A stretch of 32,478 nt of DNA from NCBI GenBank assembly GCA_021789395.1, contig JAJYJP010000002.1, positions 1 through 32,478 of the forward strand, in the 5' to 3' direction. Under the pieces are notes generated by a model, which was given only the letters and a program-made list of their open reading frames with translations, was not told the origin of the DNA and did not search any database. Below, piece by piece: positions 25,830-32,478 of this stretch; positions within the stretch are counted from its first letter, which is position 1, and the number at the start of each line of letters is the position of its first letter. Source of the stretch: a bacterium. GTDB taxonomy: Bacteria > Patescibacteriota > Minisyncoccia > Moranbacterales > UBA2206. A program made the translations under genes and the position numbers.

Positions 25830-26785
25830 AACACGAACCGATAAAACTACGCGCCGTCTTTATGGGCACCTCGGAATTTGCCGCTACCATCTTAGTCTCC
25901 CTAGTCAAGGAAAACTATAATCTAATTGCTGTTTACACCCAGCCAGACAAAAAAGCCGGCCGCGACCAAGAAGTAAAAGAGTCGGCCGTAAAAATTATCG
26001 CGGAAGAAAACAAGATTCCGGTTTTTCAACCGACAAAACTCAATGAAGAAACTGTCACTGGATTGAAGAATCAGAAACCCGACTTGATCATCGTGGCCGC
26101 TTACGGCAAAATTTTACCGAAAGAAGTTCTAGAAATTCCCGGTTTTGGAGCGATCAACGTCCACGCTTCCATCCTACCCAGATTTCGCGGCCCGTCCCCC
26201 ATCCAAAACGCGATCCTTTCCGGAGAGACTGAAACCGGAATAACCATAATGCTGATGGATAAAGGCATCGATACCGGAGATATTTTGAGAGAACGGAGCT
26301 TGAAGATAAAGCCGGATGAAACTACGCCGGAACTTTCGAAGCGGTTATCGGAGCTGGCTTCCAAATTGCTTTTGGAAACTTTGCCGCTTTGGATCGAAAG
26401 AAAAATAACTCCGCGCAAGCAAGATGATTCCAAAGCCACCCTCTGCCAATTGATCGAGAAAACAGACGGAAAAATTATTTGGGCTGACTCGGCCGAATCT
26501 ATCTACAATAAATTCCGAGCTTTCCGACCGTGGCCGGGAATTTACACCTTTTGGGAAGTTGGCAATTCCATAAAAAGGACAAAGCTGAACAAAATAAAAC
26601 TGGCTGAAAATATTTCCAAAGAGCATCACCTGGGAGAAGTGTTCCGACATGACAAAGACATCGCCATCCAAGCGGATCCGGGCGCTATCATTATCGAAGA
26701 AATACAAATGGAAGGAAAACCGTCCGTAAAAATCCAGGATTTCCTGAACGGTTACCCGAATTTTATCGGATCAATTTTAAAATAA
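25826..26785 (+). CDS. fmt: methionyl-tRNA formyltransferase
   Basis: 319-aa ORF. ATGA overlap with def. FMGTSEFA, GAINVHASILPRFRGPSPIQNAI, MLMDKGIDTGDIL. Confidence 0.95.
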   Translation: MKHEPIKLRAVFMGTSEFAATILVSLVKENYNLIAVYTQPDKKAGRDQEVKESAVKIIAEENKIPVFQPTKLNEETVTGLKNQKPDLIIVAAYGKILPKEVLEIPGFGAINVHASILPRFRGPSPIQNAILSGETETGITIMLMDKGIDTGDILRERSLKIKPDETTPELSKRLSELASKLLLETLPLWIERKITPRKQDDSKATLCQLIEKTDGKIIWADSAESIYNKFRAFRPWPGIYTFWEVGNSIKRTKLNKIKLAENISKEHHLGEVFRHDKDIAIQADPGAIIIEEIQMEGKPSVKIQDFLNGYPNFIGSILK

Positions 26786-27610
26786 ATGGAAGATAAAAAT
26801 AAAAATATAAAAATTATCATCGCCGGTTTCATATTGATCATAGTCGTGGTCATCATTTCTTTTGTCAAGCCGTTGTTTGAAAAAAAACCCCAGACACAGC
26901 CCGCCGATCCGGCAGTTGCTCAGGCCGAAAAATCTATCGACTCCGCCAAACAAATCTCCGTCAGCGGACTGCTGAAAAAAATTACCACCAATGGAAATAT
27001 CATAGTTTTGGACATTCGCAGCAGCGATGAATTTGCCGCGGAACATATAATCGGATCTAAAAACATCTCCATATCCGACCTCACCAATGATCTTGCTTCC
27101 TTGGATAAAAATAAAACGTACGTAATTGTCGACGACGGAACATCCCTGGATGGAATCAGCCTGGCCGGGACTGTTATGCCGAACCAAGGCTTCAAAAATG
27201 TCTACTATCTGACCGGCGGATTTCCGGCCTGGAAAAATCAATTCGCCCCCACCATTTCCGCCGGCGATCCCAATTCTTTCGTCGACCAGGCCAAAGTAAC
27301 TTACATCAATTCCGACCAGCTTAAAAACCTGATCGCCAGCAATCCTTCCAACCTCCTCATTCTCGATGTCAGAACCAGCAACGAATTTGCGGCCGGGCAT
27401 CTTTCCGGCGCCGTCAACATCTACCTTGATGATTTGGAAAATGATCGCGCCCAAATCCCAATCGACAAACAAATAATAGTTTACGATAATGACGGACTCT
27501 GGGCCTTCCAGGCAGCCGTCCGACTTTACGACTTGGGATTTTACAATGTTAAAGCCCTTTCTGACGGCTTCAACGCTTGGCAGCAAAAAGGCTATCCGAT
27601 CGTAAAATAA
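26786..27610 (+). CDS. membrane-anchored tandem rhodanese-homology-domain protein, no cysteine (non-catalytic)
   Basis: 274-aa ORF. TM helix IIIAGFILIIVVVIISF. Two RHD repeats (LDIRSSDEFAAEHIIGSKNI...GGFPAWK and LDVRTSNEFAAGHLSGAVNI...GFNAWQQKGYPI). The active-site loops read VDDGTS and YDNDGL. There is no Cys anywhere in the protein. Confidence 0.85.
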   Translation: MEDKNKNIKIIIAGFILIIVVVIISFVKPLFEKKPQTQPADPAVAQAEKSIDSAKQISVSGLLKKITTNGNIIVLDIRSSDEFAAEHIIGSKNISISDLTNDLASLDKNKTYVIVDDGTSLDGISLAGTVMPNQGFKNVYYLTGGFPAWKNQFAPTISAGDPNSFVDQAKVTYINSDQLKNLIASNPSNLLILDVRTSNEFAAGHLSGAVNIYLDDLENDRAQIPIDKQIIVYDNDGLWAFQAAVRLYDLGFYNVKALSDGFNAWQQKGYPIVK

Positions 27611-27655
27611 ACCGTTATTTATCTCTTTGTTGCCATCACTCGCCCGGAAATGAAA

Positions 27656-27685
27656 AGAGACGCGCAAACTGCGTTCTTTTTTTGT
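27656..27685. terminator. hairpin terminator between convergent genes
   Basis: AGACGC (27658-27663) pairs with GCGT-T-CT (27671-27677, 1-nt bulge), followed by a T7 run. Confidence 0.5.
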
Positions 27686-27704
27686 TGGATTTTTTGCCTT
27701 AATA

Positions 27705-28415
27705 TCAAGGTTTGTCCGCACGTGCCATGTATGAATACAGAAATAATGCCTGCGCCGCAAGGACTTTCAAAATTTCAAGATTATTGAAATTTTTCTCCTC
27801 TTCTTTTTCATAAGAACTGATTATCAGGAATCCGCGCACCCGATCGATGGTTTTATAGGAAGATACGATTAAAAAATTGCCGTGTCTTTCCACATTGATG
27901 TTCTCCGGCATCGCGACCAGCCGCTTATTTTCGACAGGATTGTCGTTTTTTTCAAATTCCACGTCTTTTTTTGTTTGTCCAGTTGCGACATCGACAAACC
28001 TTATGGAAGAATTTTCCGCTTTCATCAGAAATTTTGCCGCATCCAGGATTGATTTATATATCTCCCGCTCCTTGTTTTTGTCCAACGACGACCGATCGGA
28101 AAGTCCCAGGGCGATATTCATCAGAATGTCCATTTTGCGATTCACTTCTCCGATATAACTGTACGATTCAACAAGATCCTTGGCAGTCTGGTTAAATTTT
28201 CTTTTTTCTTTCTCCTTTTCTTTTTCTTCAATCGCCAATTGATGTTCTTTCCATAAAAAAAAGAGAAAGCCGACCATCCCCAGTAAAAAAATAACGATTT
28301 CCTGCAGGCGCTGTTGCGATAAAAAAAAGAATCCGCCCTTGACTATGTCCGGAACCAATACCGCGATTATGAAAATAATGAGATAGACCCAATACATAAT
28401 TTGGCGATGCGACAT
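27705..28415 (-). CDS. hypothetical 2-TM membrane protein with (EK)n linker and a soluble C-terminal alpha/beta domain of about 150 aa (GAF/PAS-like guess)
   Basis: 236-aa ORF. TM1 YWVYLIIFIIAVLV, TM2 IVIFLLGMVGFLFFLW, linker EEKEKEKEKRK. The start abuts the upstream stop (TAAATG). GGAGG lies 9 nt upstream. Confidence 0.7.
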   Translation of the reverse strand: MSHRQIMYWVYLIIFIIAVLVPDIVKGGFFFLSQQRLQEIVIFLLGMVGFLFFLWKEHQLAIEEKEKEKEKRKFNQTAKDLVESYSYIGEVNRKMDILMNIALGLSDRSSLDKNKEREIYKSILDAAKFLMKAENSSIRFVDVATGQTKKDVEFEKNDNPVENKRLVAMPENINVERHGNFLIVSSYKTIDRVRGFLIISSYEKEEEKNFNNLEILKVLAAQALFLYSYMARADKP

Positions 28416-28631
28416 TTAATACAACCTCCGTCCGGCAATATTTTTTTTCTTGGCAAAGAGAAAGATATAAATAATTTCCAATATGCCTAGAGTGTTTACG
28501 ATAAGCAAAATTATGAACCAGCCAATCTGACCTCGACGGGCCGACTTCCAAAGCGCGATCCCTTTCCAAGGAATAGTCCAGATTACTGCCAATATCAGGA
28601 GAATTTTCTGAATTTCTGTTAAATTATTCAT
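28416..28631 (-). CDS. DUF5652-like small 2-TM membrane protein
   Basis: 71-aa ORF. LLILAVIWTIPWKGIALWKSARRGQIGWFIILLIVNTLGILEIIYIFLF matches my memory of the DUF5652 signature common in Patescibacteria. Confidence 0.7.
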   Translation of the reverse strand: MNNLTEIQKILLILAVIWTIPWKGIALWKSARRGQIGWFIILLIVNTLGILEIIYIFLFAKKKNIAGRRLY

Positions 28632-28632
28632 A

Positions 28633-29094
28633 CTATTTTTTTTCCAATAGTTCGATCACTTTTACCAAGTTCTTTTCAATATTTTCCAGTCTGCCCTGCG
28701 TTTCTTCAATCTCCTTTTCCGCTTTACGGTTGGTGGCAAAATCTTTTTCCGCCTTAAACCGATCTCTTTCCGCTTCCATATTCTCACTCATCAGGATGAT
28801 CGGCGCAGTATAAGCCGCTTGAAAACTTAGCATCAGATTAAGCAAAATAAACGGATACGGATCCCAATGCTTCTGCCAGGCAACGACATTGAGCGTTATC
28901 CAGACTACCAAAAACGCGCTTTGTATGATTATAAAAGTCCAACTGCCCACAATCCGGGTAATCCTGTCTGCCGCTCTTTGGCCGAAAGTTTTTTTGTGCG
29001 TAAGGTGCATTGCTTCGACTTTCAGATTTGCAGCACTTGCTAAAAAATTCAGGTCGCTATTTTTAATATTTGTTTTGTTTACCGTATTGTTCAT
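28633..29094 (-). CDS. DUF1003 family membrane protein (2 TM + C-terminal coiled coil)
   Basis: 153-aa ORF. FGQRAADRITRIVGSWTFIIIQS...WDPYPFILLNLMLSFQAAYTAPIILMSEN is the DUF1003 core. Confidence 0.75.
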   Translation of the reverse strand: MNNTVNKTNIKNSDLNFLASAANLKVEAMHLTHKKTFGQRAADRITRIVGSWTFIIIQSAFLVVWITLNVVAWQKHWDPYPFILLNLMLSFQAAYTAPIILMSENMEAERDRFKAEKDFATNRKAEKEIEETQGRLENIEKNLVKVIELLEKK

Positions 29095-29106
29095 ATGTTT
29101 TAGATA

Positions 29107-29117
29107 ATTTTAGCACA
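29107..29117 (-). promoter_or_regulatory. extended -10 promoter TGTGCTAAAAT (minus strand) abutting the obg stop codon, upstream of the DUF1003 gene
   Basis: attttagcaca at 29107-29117 reads TGTGCTAAAAT on the minus strand. 12 nt separate the hexamer from the ATG at 29094. Confidence 0.45.
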
Positions 29118-30074
29118 TCAAATTTTCGATTTCAACAGCAGCTTTTTGAGTTTTTCCATGCCGTCCCAATCGTGAATCGAAACTTGTTCAATATTTTTGT
29201 TCAGCCTTGATATCTTTTTTATTTTTTCTGCAATCTCTTCTTTCGAAAAGATATCAGTTTTCGTGAGAAGAACCAGTTCTTTTTTGGCCAGCAATTCTTT
29301 GTTGTAACTTCCGAGTTCTTTGCGGACCGTTCCGTAATCGCGCGCCGGATCGTCCGACTCTGAAGAGATGCAATGAACAAGCATTTTTGTCCTCTGGATG
29401 TGTTTTAAAAATTTTATTCCCAAACCCTTGCCGGTCGAAGCGCCTTCGATAAGTCCGGGAATGTCAGCAATCACAATTCCATCCAACACGCCCAGATTCG
29501 GCTCTAAGGTAGTGAACTCATAATTCCCCACTTTGGCGTTGGCTTTGGTCAACTCGTTCAAAAGACTGGATTTGCCCGCGTTAGGAAGGCCGACAAGACC
29601 GACATCCGCAATCAGCCTCAGTTCGATCAAAAATTGAAATTCAGCACCCGGCTTCCCCTCTTCGCTTTCTTGCGGGCTAGTGTTTCCTGGCGATTTGAAA
29701 TACATATTTCCGCGACCGCCGATCCCTCCTTTGGCAGCTAAAATTTTTTCACCTGTTTTTGTGATTTCAAACTTTTCTTCCGTGTCCGAATTATGCAGCA
29801 CCGAGCCAAGCGGTACGGTAAGCGTCAGGTCTTTTCCGTCGCGGCCAGTCGAACGATCATAGCCACCATTCTTGCCGTCCTCCGCGTAATAATCACGTTT
29901 GTTCCGATATTTATTTAGCGCCGTCAAATCAGAAACACCTTCAAAATAGACGCTGCCGCCGTTTCCGCCTTTTCCGCCGGTCGGCCCCAGACTCATCATG
30001 ACTTTGTCAAAAGCCACAACGCCGTCCCCGCCTTTTCCAGCATGAATATTGATTTTTACTTCATCGGTCAACAT
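29118..30074 (-). CDS. obg: GTPase Obg (short form, no C-terminal OCT domain)
   Basis: 318-aa ORF. Obg fold GGKGGNGG repeats, G1 GLPNAGKSS, G3 DIPGLIEGAS, G4 LTKTD. Confidence 0.95.
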   Translation of the reverse strand: MLTDEVKINIHAGKGGDGVVAFDKVMMSLGPTGGKGGNGGSVYFEGVSDLTALNKYRNKRDYYAEDGKNGGYDRSTGRDGKDLTLTVPLGSVLHNSDTEEKFEITKTGEKILAAKGGIGGRGNMYFKSPGNTSPQESEEGKPGAEFQFLIELRLIADVGLVGLPNAGKSSLLNELTKANAKVGNYEFTTLEPNLGVLDGIVIADIPGLIEGASTGKGLGIKFLKHIQRTKMLVHCISSESDDPARDYGTVRKELGSYNKELLAKKELVLLTKTDIFSKEEIAEKIKKISRLNKNIEQVSIHDWDGMEKLKKLLLKSKI

Positions 30075-30080
30075 GGTTCC

Positions 30081-30092
30081 ATTATCATACCA
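30081..30092 (-). promoter_or_regulatory. -10 region TGGTATGATAAT (minus strand); GATAAT ends 6 nt before the obg ATG (leaderless-type)
   Basis: attatcatacca at 30081-30092. On the minus strand, GATAAT-ggaacc-ATG. The alternative TGG-TATGAT extended -10 would give a 9-nt spacing. Confidence 0.45.
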
Positions 30093-30102
30093 CGCAACGA
30101 AG

Positions 30103-30130
30103 TATTTTAAAAGGGCGGAAACCGCCCTTG
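30103..30130 (-). terminator. intrinsic terminator after hpf
   Basis: Minus strand: AAGGGCGG-TTT-CCGCCCTT (comp. 30111-30129) followed by TTTTAAAAT. Confidence 0.8.
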
Positions 30131-30148
30131 CCTCATTTCTTTCTTGAC

Positions 30149-30511
30149 TTAAAATCGCGCATTATTATCGATCGTCATTTTCTTTTTGATCGATCTGGCG
30201 CCACGCTTTTTTTCCGTCCGCACCCGATCCATATCTTTTGTGATTTGATTGCGTAGTTCCGACTCCACCATGTCAATCGAACCTTCCACGCTTTCACTCG
30301 TCTCTTCGGCCCGGTACATCTGATATGGCGTCGTAATCATTATTTCCGCACGGAATTTCCCCTTTTTATCAATATCGACCTCGATTTCAACCTTGTTAAT
30401 CTTTTTGAGCAGTTTCTCGAGCGCGTTGATTCTTTTTTCGATATAATCCCGCGTCCGATCATCGATATTTATACCTTTGAATAATAATCGGTGACTATCT
30501 TCGATTGTCAT
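30149..30511 (-). CDS. hpf: ribosome hibernation promoting factor / RaiA family (short form)
   Basis: 120-aa ORF. KGINIDDRTRDYIEKRINALEKLL...VEIEVD...FRAEIMITTPYQMYRAEETSESVEGSIDMVESELRNQI follows the S30AE/HPF beta-alpha-beta-beta-beta-alpha pattern. Confidence 0.8.
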   Translation of the reverse strand: MTIEDSHRLLFKGINIDDRTRDYIEKRINALEKLLKKINKVEIEVDIDKKGKFRAEIMITTPYQMYRAEETSESVEGSIDMVESELRNQITKDMDRVRTEKKRGARSIKKKMTIDNNARF

Positions 30512-30532
30512 AAATTTTTTAAAAATTATTTA

Positions 30533-31471
30533 TTAAAACCCTACTAATTGGACTTCTTCTTGAAGCTGCACTCCGAATTTATCCCGAACTTGCTGCTTGA
30601 TGTAACTCGCTAACATTATAACATCCTCGGCGGTCGCCTGGCCAGTGTTGACGATAAAATTAGCGTGTTCTTTCGAGATCATGGCACCACCGATCTTTTT
30701 CCCGCGCAGATCCGCCATGTCAATGAGCCAACCGGCCGGCACCTTGCCATCTTTGCTTTGCACGCCCAATTCTTTCTCGAATTCTTCGATAAGCTGCGCG
30801 TCTTTCACGGCCGGATTCATAAAGAAAGACCCCGCACTCGCCATTCCTTTGGGTTGCTTGGACAATCTTTTATCTAGAATTTCCCGGGATTTTTTTTGAC
30901 TTTCCTCCCGATTCCCTTTCCGCAATTTTAAGACTGCCGACAAAATAATCAAATCCGGATCATGCTTGAAAACACTATCTCGGTAGGCAAACCCGCACTC
31001 TGCGCCGCGATAATCTTTTGTGTCCGGATCTCCACTCGAATTAATCGTTCGGACGCTTTCAATCGCATCTGAAATAGTTTCTCCGAATGCTCCGGCATTT
31101 CCTCGCACCGCTCCGCCCAGGGTTCCCGGGATTCCGGTCGCCCATTCCAATCCGGACAAATTATTTTCAATCGAACCTTTGACCACTTTTGCCAGTGACG
31201 CACCTACGCCTACTTCCATCTTATTATTTTCGGTATCGATCTTAAAATTATCAATTTTCATTTTTACCACCAGACCGTCGAAACCTTGATCGCTTACCAA
31301 AACATTGCTGCCTCCGCCCAACACAAAAAATTTCAAAGAATTTTCCTTGGCATATTGCAATGCTTCCCGCAAATCTTCTTCGGAAGCCACTTCCGCAAAA
31401 AATTTCGCCGGCCCGCCGATCCGGAAAGTGGCATATTGAGCAAGTGGTACACTTTCTTGGATATTTAACAT
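30533..31471 (-). CDS. murB: UDP-N-acetylenolpyruvoylglucosamine reductase
   Basis: 312-aa ORF. YATFRIGGPAKFF, LGGGSNVL, GIPGTLGGAVRGNAGAFG, AGSFFMNP, GGAMISKEHANFIVN. Confidence 0.95.
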   Translation of the reverse strand: MLNIQESVPLAQYATFRIGGPAKFFAEVASEEDLREALQYAKENSLKFFVLGGGSNVLVSDQGFDGLVVKMKIDNFKIDTENNKMEVGVGASLAKVVKGSIENNLSGLEWATGIPGTLGGAVRGNAGAFGETISDAIESVRTINSSGDPDTKDYRGAECGFAYRDSVFKHDPDLIILSAVLKLRKGNREESQKKSREILDKRLSKQPKGMASAGSFFMNPAVKDAQLIEEFEKELGVQSKDGKVPAGWLIDMADLRGKKIGGAMISKEHANFIVNTGQATAEDVIMLASYIKQQVRDKFGVQLQEEVQLVGF

Positions 31472-31474
31472 AAA

Positions 31475-32478
31475 TTATTTTTCTTCCGTCTTACGAGCCT
31501 CTTCAAATAAGAAAACTGCGAGTGACGTAATTATTACAACTAGCCAGTCCTTCCAGTCGATCGGAGCCATATGCAGATATTTTTGCAGGATCGGAACATG
31601 CATAAAGGATAGCAAAATTCCGATCGAAATGAAAATCGCGCCGATGACATACTTATTTTTGAAAAATCCGATCGTAAGCGGTGAATATTTTTCACTTCTG
31701 GCCTGCAGAAGATTAGCCATTTGAGATATCGAAAGGACGACGTAAGAAGCCGTGGTCGATTTAATGTACAGCCAGCTTCCGGAATCGATCGGCAGACCGA
31801 ATTTCCAACCGCCCCGCAGCATCGACCAGACAAACGCCACGACCGCTCCGGTCGCCATTATCGTTCCGACATATAAAATCCGGCGAAATCCTTTCAATCC
31901 CAATAAAGATTCCTTTTTGCCAGCATCATCTCCTCTTTCCATCACATCCGGTTCAGGCAATTCCAATCCAAGAGCAAAAGTCGGGAAAACATCTGTTCCC
32001 AAATCGATCGCTAATATTTGAATAGCCGCAATAGGCGCCGGAATCTGGAGCAAAACGCCAAAAATGACGGTAAGAAGTTCGCCAGCATTGGCGGCAAACA
32101 CATAGTAGATAATTTTTTTAAAATTGCGAAAAATCGTCCTACCCTCCTCGACCCCTTTTACAATTGAAGCGAAATTATCGTCCAATAAAATCATATCTGC
32201 AGCTTCTTTGGAAACATCCGTACCGATCACTCCCATGGCTACGCCGATGTCTGCCTTCTTAAGCGCCGGCGCGTCATTTACTCCGTCCCCGGTCATTGCG
32301 ATCGTTTCCTTATATTTTTTCAATATGGAGGCAATGCGCAACTTCTGCTCCGGCGCGATGCGAGCAAATACAATCTCTTTATCTCTAATTTTATTGTAAA
32401 CTTCCAAATCTCCCATCTGATCGAGTGTTTTGCCGTTAATGACTTCATATGCCCCGCTGCCATCTATCAGATTGACTT
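31475..32478 (-). CDS. P-type cation-transporting ATPase (P2-like), C-terminal ~334 codons; N-terminus outside the window
   Basis: FARIAPEQKLRIA...MTGDGVNDAPALKKADIGVAMG hinge motif and a C-terminal multi-TM domain. The reading frame stays open upstream of the track Met, to the window edge. Confidence 0.9.
   Translation of the reverse strand, partial: VNLIDGSGAYEVINGKTLDQMGDLEVYNKIRDKEIVFARIAPEQKLRIASILKKYKETIAMTGDGVNDAPALKKADIGVAMGVIGTDVSKEAADMILLDDNFASIVKGVEEGRTIFRNFKKIIYYVFAANAGELLTVIFGVLLQIPAPIAAIQILAIDLGTDVFPTFALGLELPEPDVMERGDDAGKKESLLGLKGFRRILYVGTIMATGAVVAFVWSMLRGGWKFGLPIDSGSWLYIKSTTASYVVLSISQMANLLQARSEKYSPLTIGFFKNKYVIGAIFISIGILLSFMHVPILQKYLHMAPIDWKDWLVVIITSLAVFLFEEARKTEEK

Noticed and set aside
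26777-27760. 327-aa minus-strand ORF covering the whole rhodanese gene in antisense
   Set aside because: The plus-strand product has two clearly recognisable rhodanese domains and a TM anchor. The antisense product has no recognisable motif and odd composition. It also overlaps the 3' end of the real minus-strand gene (27705-28415) in another frame. It is a shadow ORF caused by codon bias.
28198-28230. 33-nt pure polypyrimidine tract (possible triplex/H-DNA element)
   Set aside because: It is the antisense of the codons for the EEKEKEKEKRK linker of the 236-aa membrane protein, so it is explained by protein low complexity.
25826-29120. Alternative genetic code (UGA recoding, as in some CPR lineages)
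   Set aside because: TGA terminates def (25827-25829, ATGA overlap with fmt) and obg (comp. 29118-29120) at normal protein lengths. No conserved gene is interrupted by an in-frame TGA.
1-32478. Search by eye for CRISPR repeats, tRNA/rRNA genes, transposases, integrases, toxin-antitoxin pairs and prophage genes
   Set aside because: No intergenic gap is long enough for a tRNA except 14464-14694 and 18896-19118, and neither shows a cloverleaf or GTTCRANYC box. I found no spaced direct repeats and no recombinase-like ORFs. A computational scan (tRNAscan-SE, minced, ISEScan) is still needed for certainty.

Overview
Dense (roughly 90% coding by eye), moderately AT-rich chromosomal segment with 35 protein genes; both window edges cut a gene. 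I recognised no rRNA, tRNA, CRISPR array, transposase or integrase. The genetic code looks standard, since TGA ends def and obg at normal lengths. Gene content suggests a reduced-genome Patescibacteria/CPR-type bacterium: archaeal-type UMP kinase, DUF5652 and DUF1003 membrane proteins, a membrane-anchored Ada-like (sunset) Cys domain, short Obg, a minimal IscR-IscS-IscU set, tiny intergenic gaps and almost no Shine-Dalgarno motifs. This taxonomic call is inference from motifs; no database search was possible. Layout: (1) 1-7392, envelope glycopolymer cluster (nucleotide-sugar dehydrogenase, 2x GT4, O-antigen-ligase-like protein, LCP ligase, GT2). (2) 7361-12427, housekeeping genes (S41 protease, rplI, pyrG, rpmA, sunset-domain protein, pyrH). 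(3) 12494-14690, OmpR-type regulator plus soluble PAS histidine kinase, followed by a highly structured 190-nt non-coding element. (4) 14695-16151, orphan Cas4/AddB-like Fe-S nuclease and a small secreted protein. (5) 16223-18895, iscR-iscS-iscU plus a signal-less M23 peptidase. (6) 19119-23282, coiled-coil/C39-like peptidase, gltX, TagA/WecB-type GT26, thpR. (7) 23357-27610, priA-def-fmt and a Cys-less tandem rhodanese. (8) 27705-29094, tightly coupled triad of 2-TM proteins of unknown function. (9) 29118-32478, obg, hpf, murB, P-type ATPase. No obvious defence island or mobile element is present. The best candidates for something undescribed are the structured intergenic RNA at about 14492-14690, the DUF1003/DUF5652/2TM-sensor-like membrane triad, and the recurrent leaderless promoter architecture. 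All product calls rest on motif recognition by eye and need HMM or structure confirmation.
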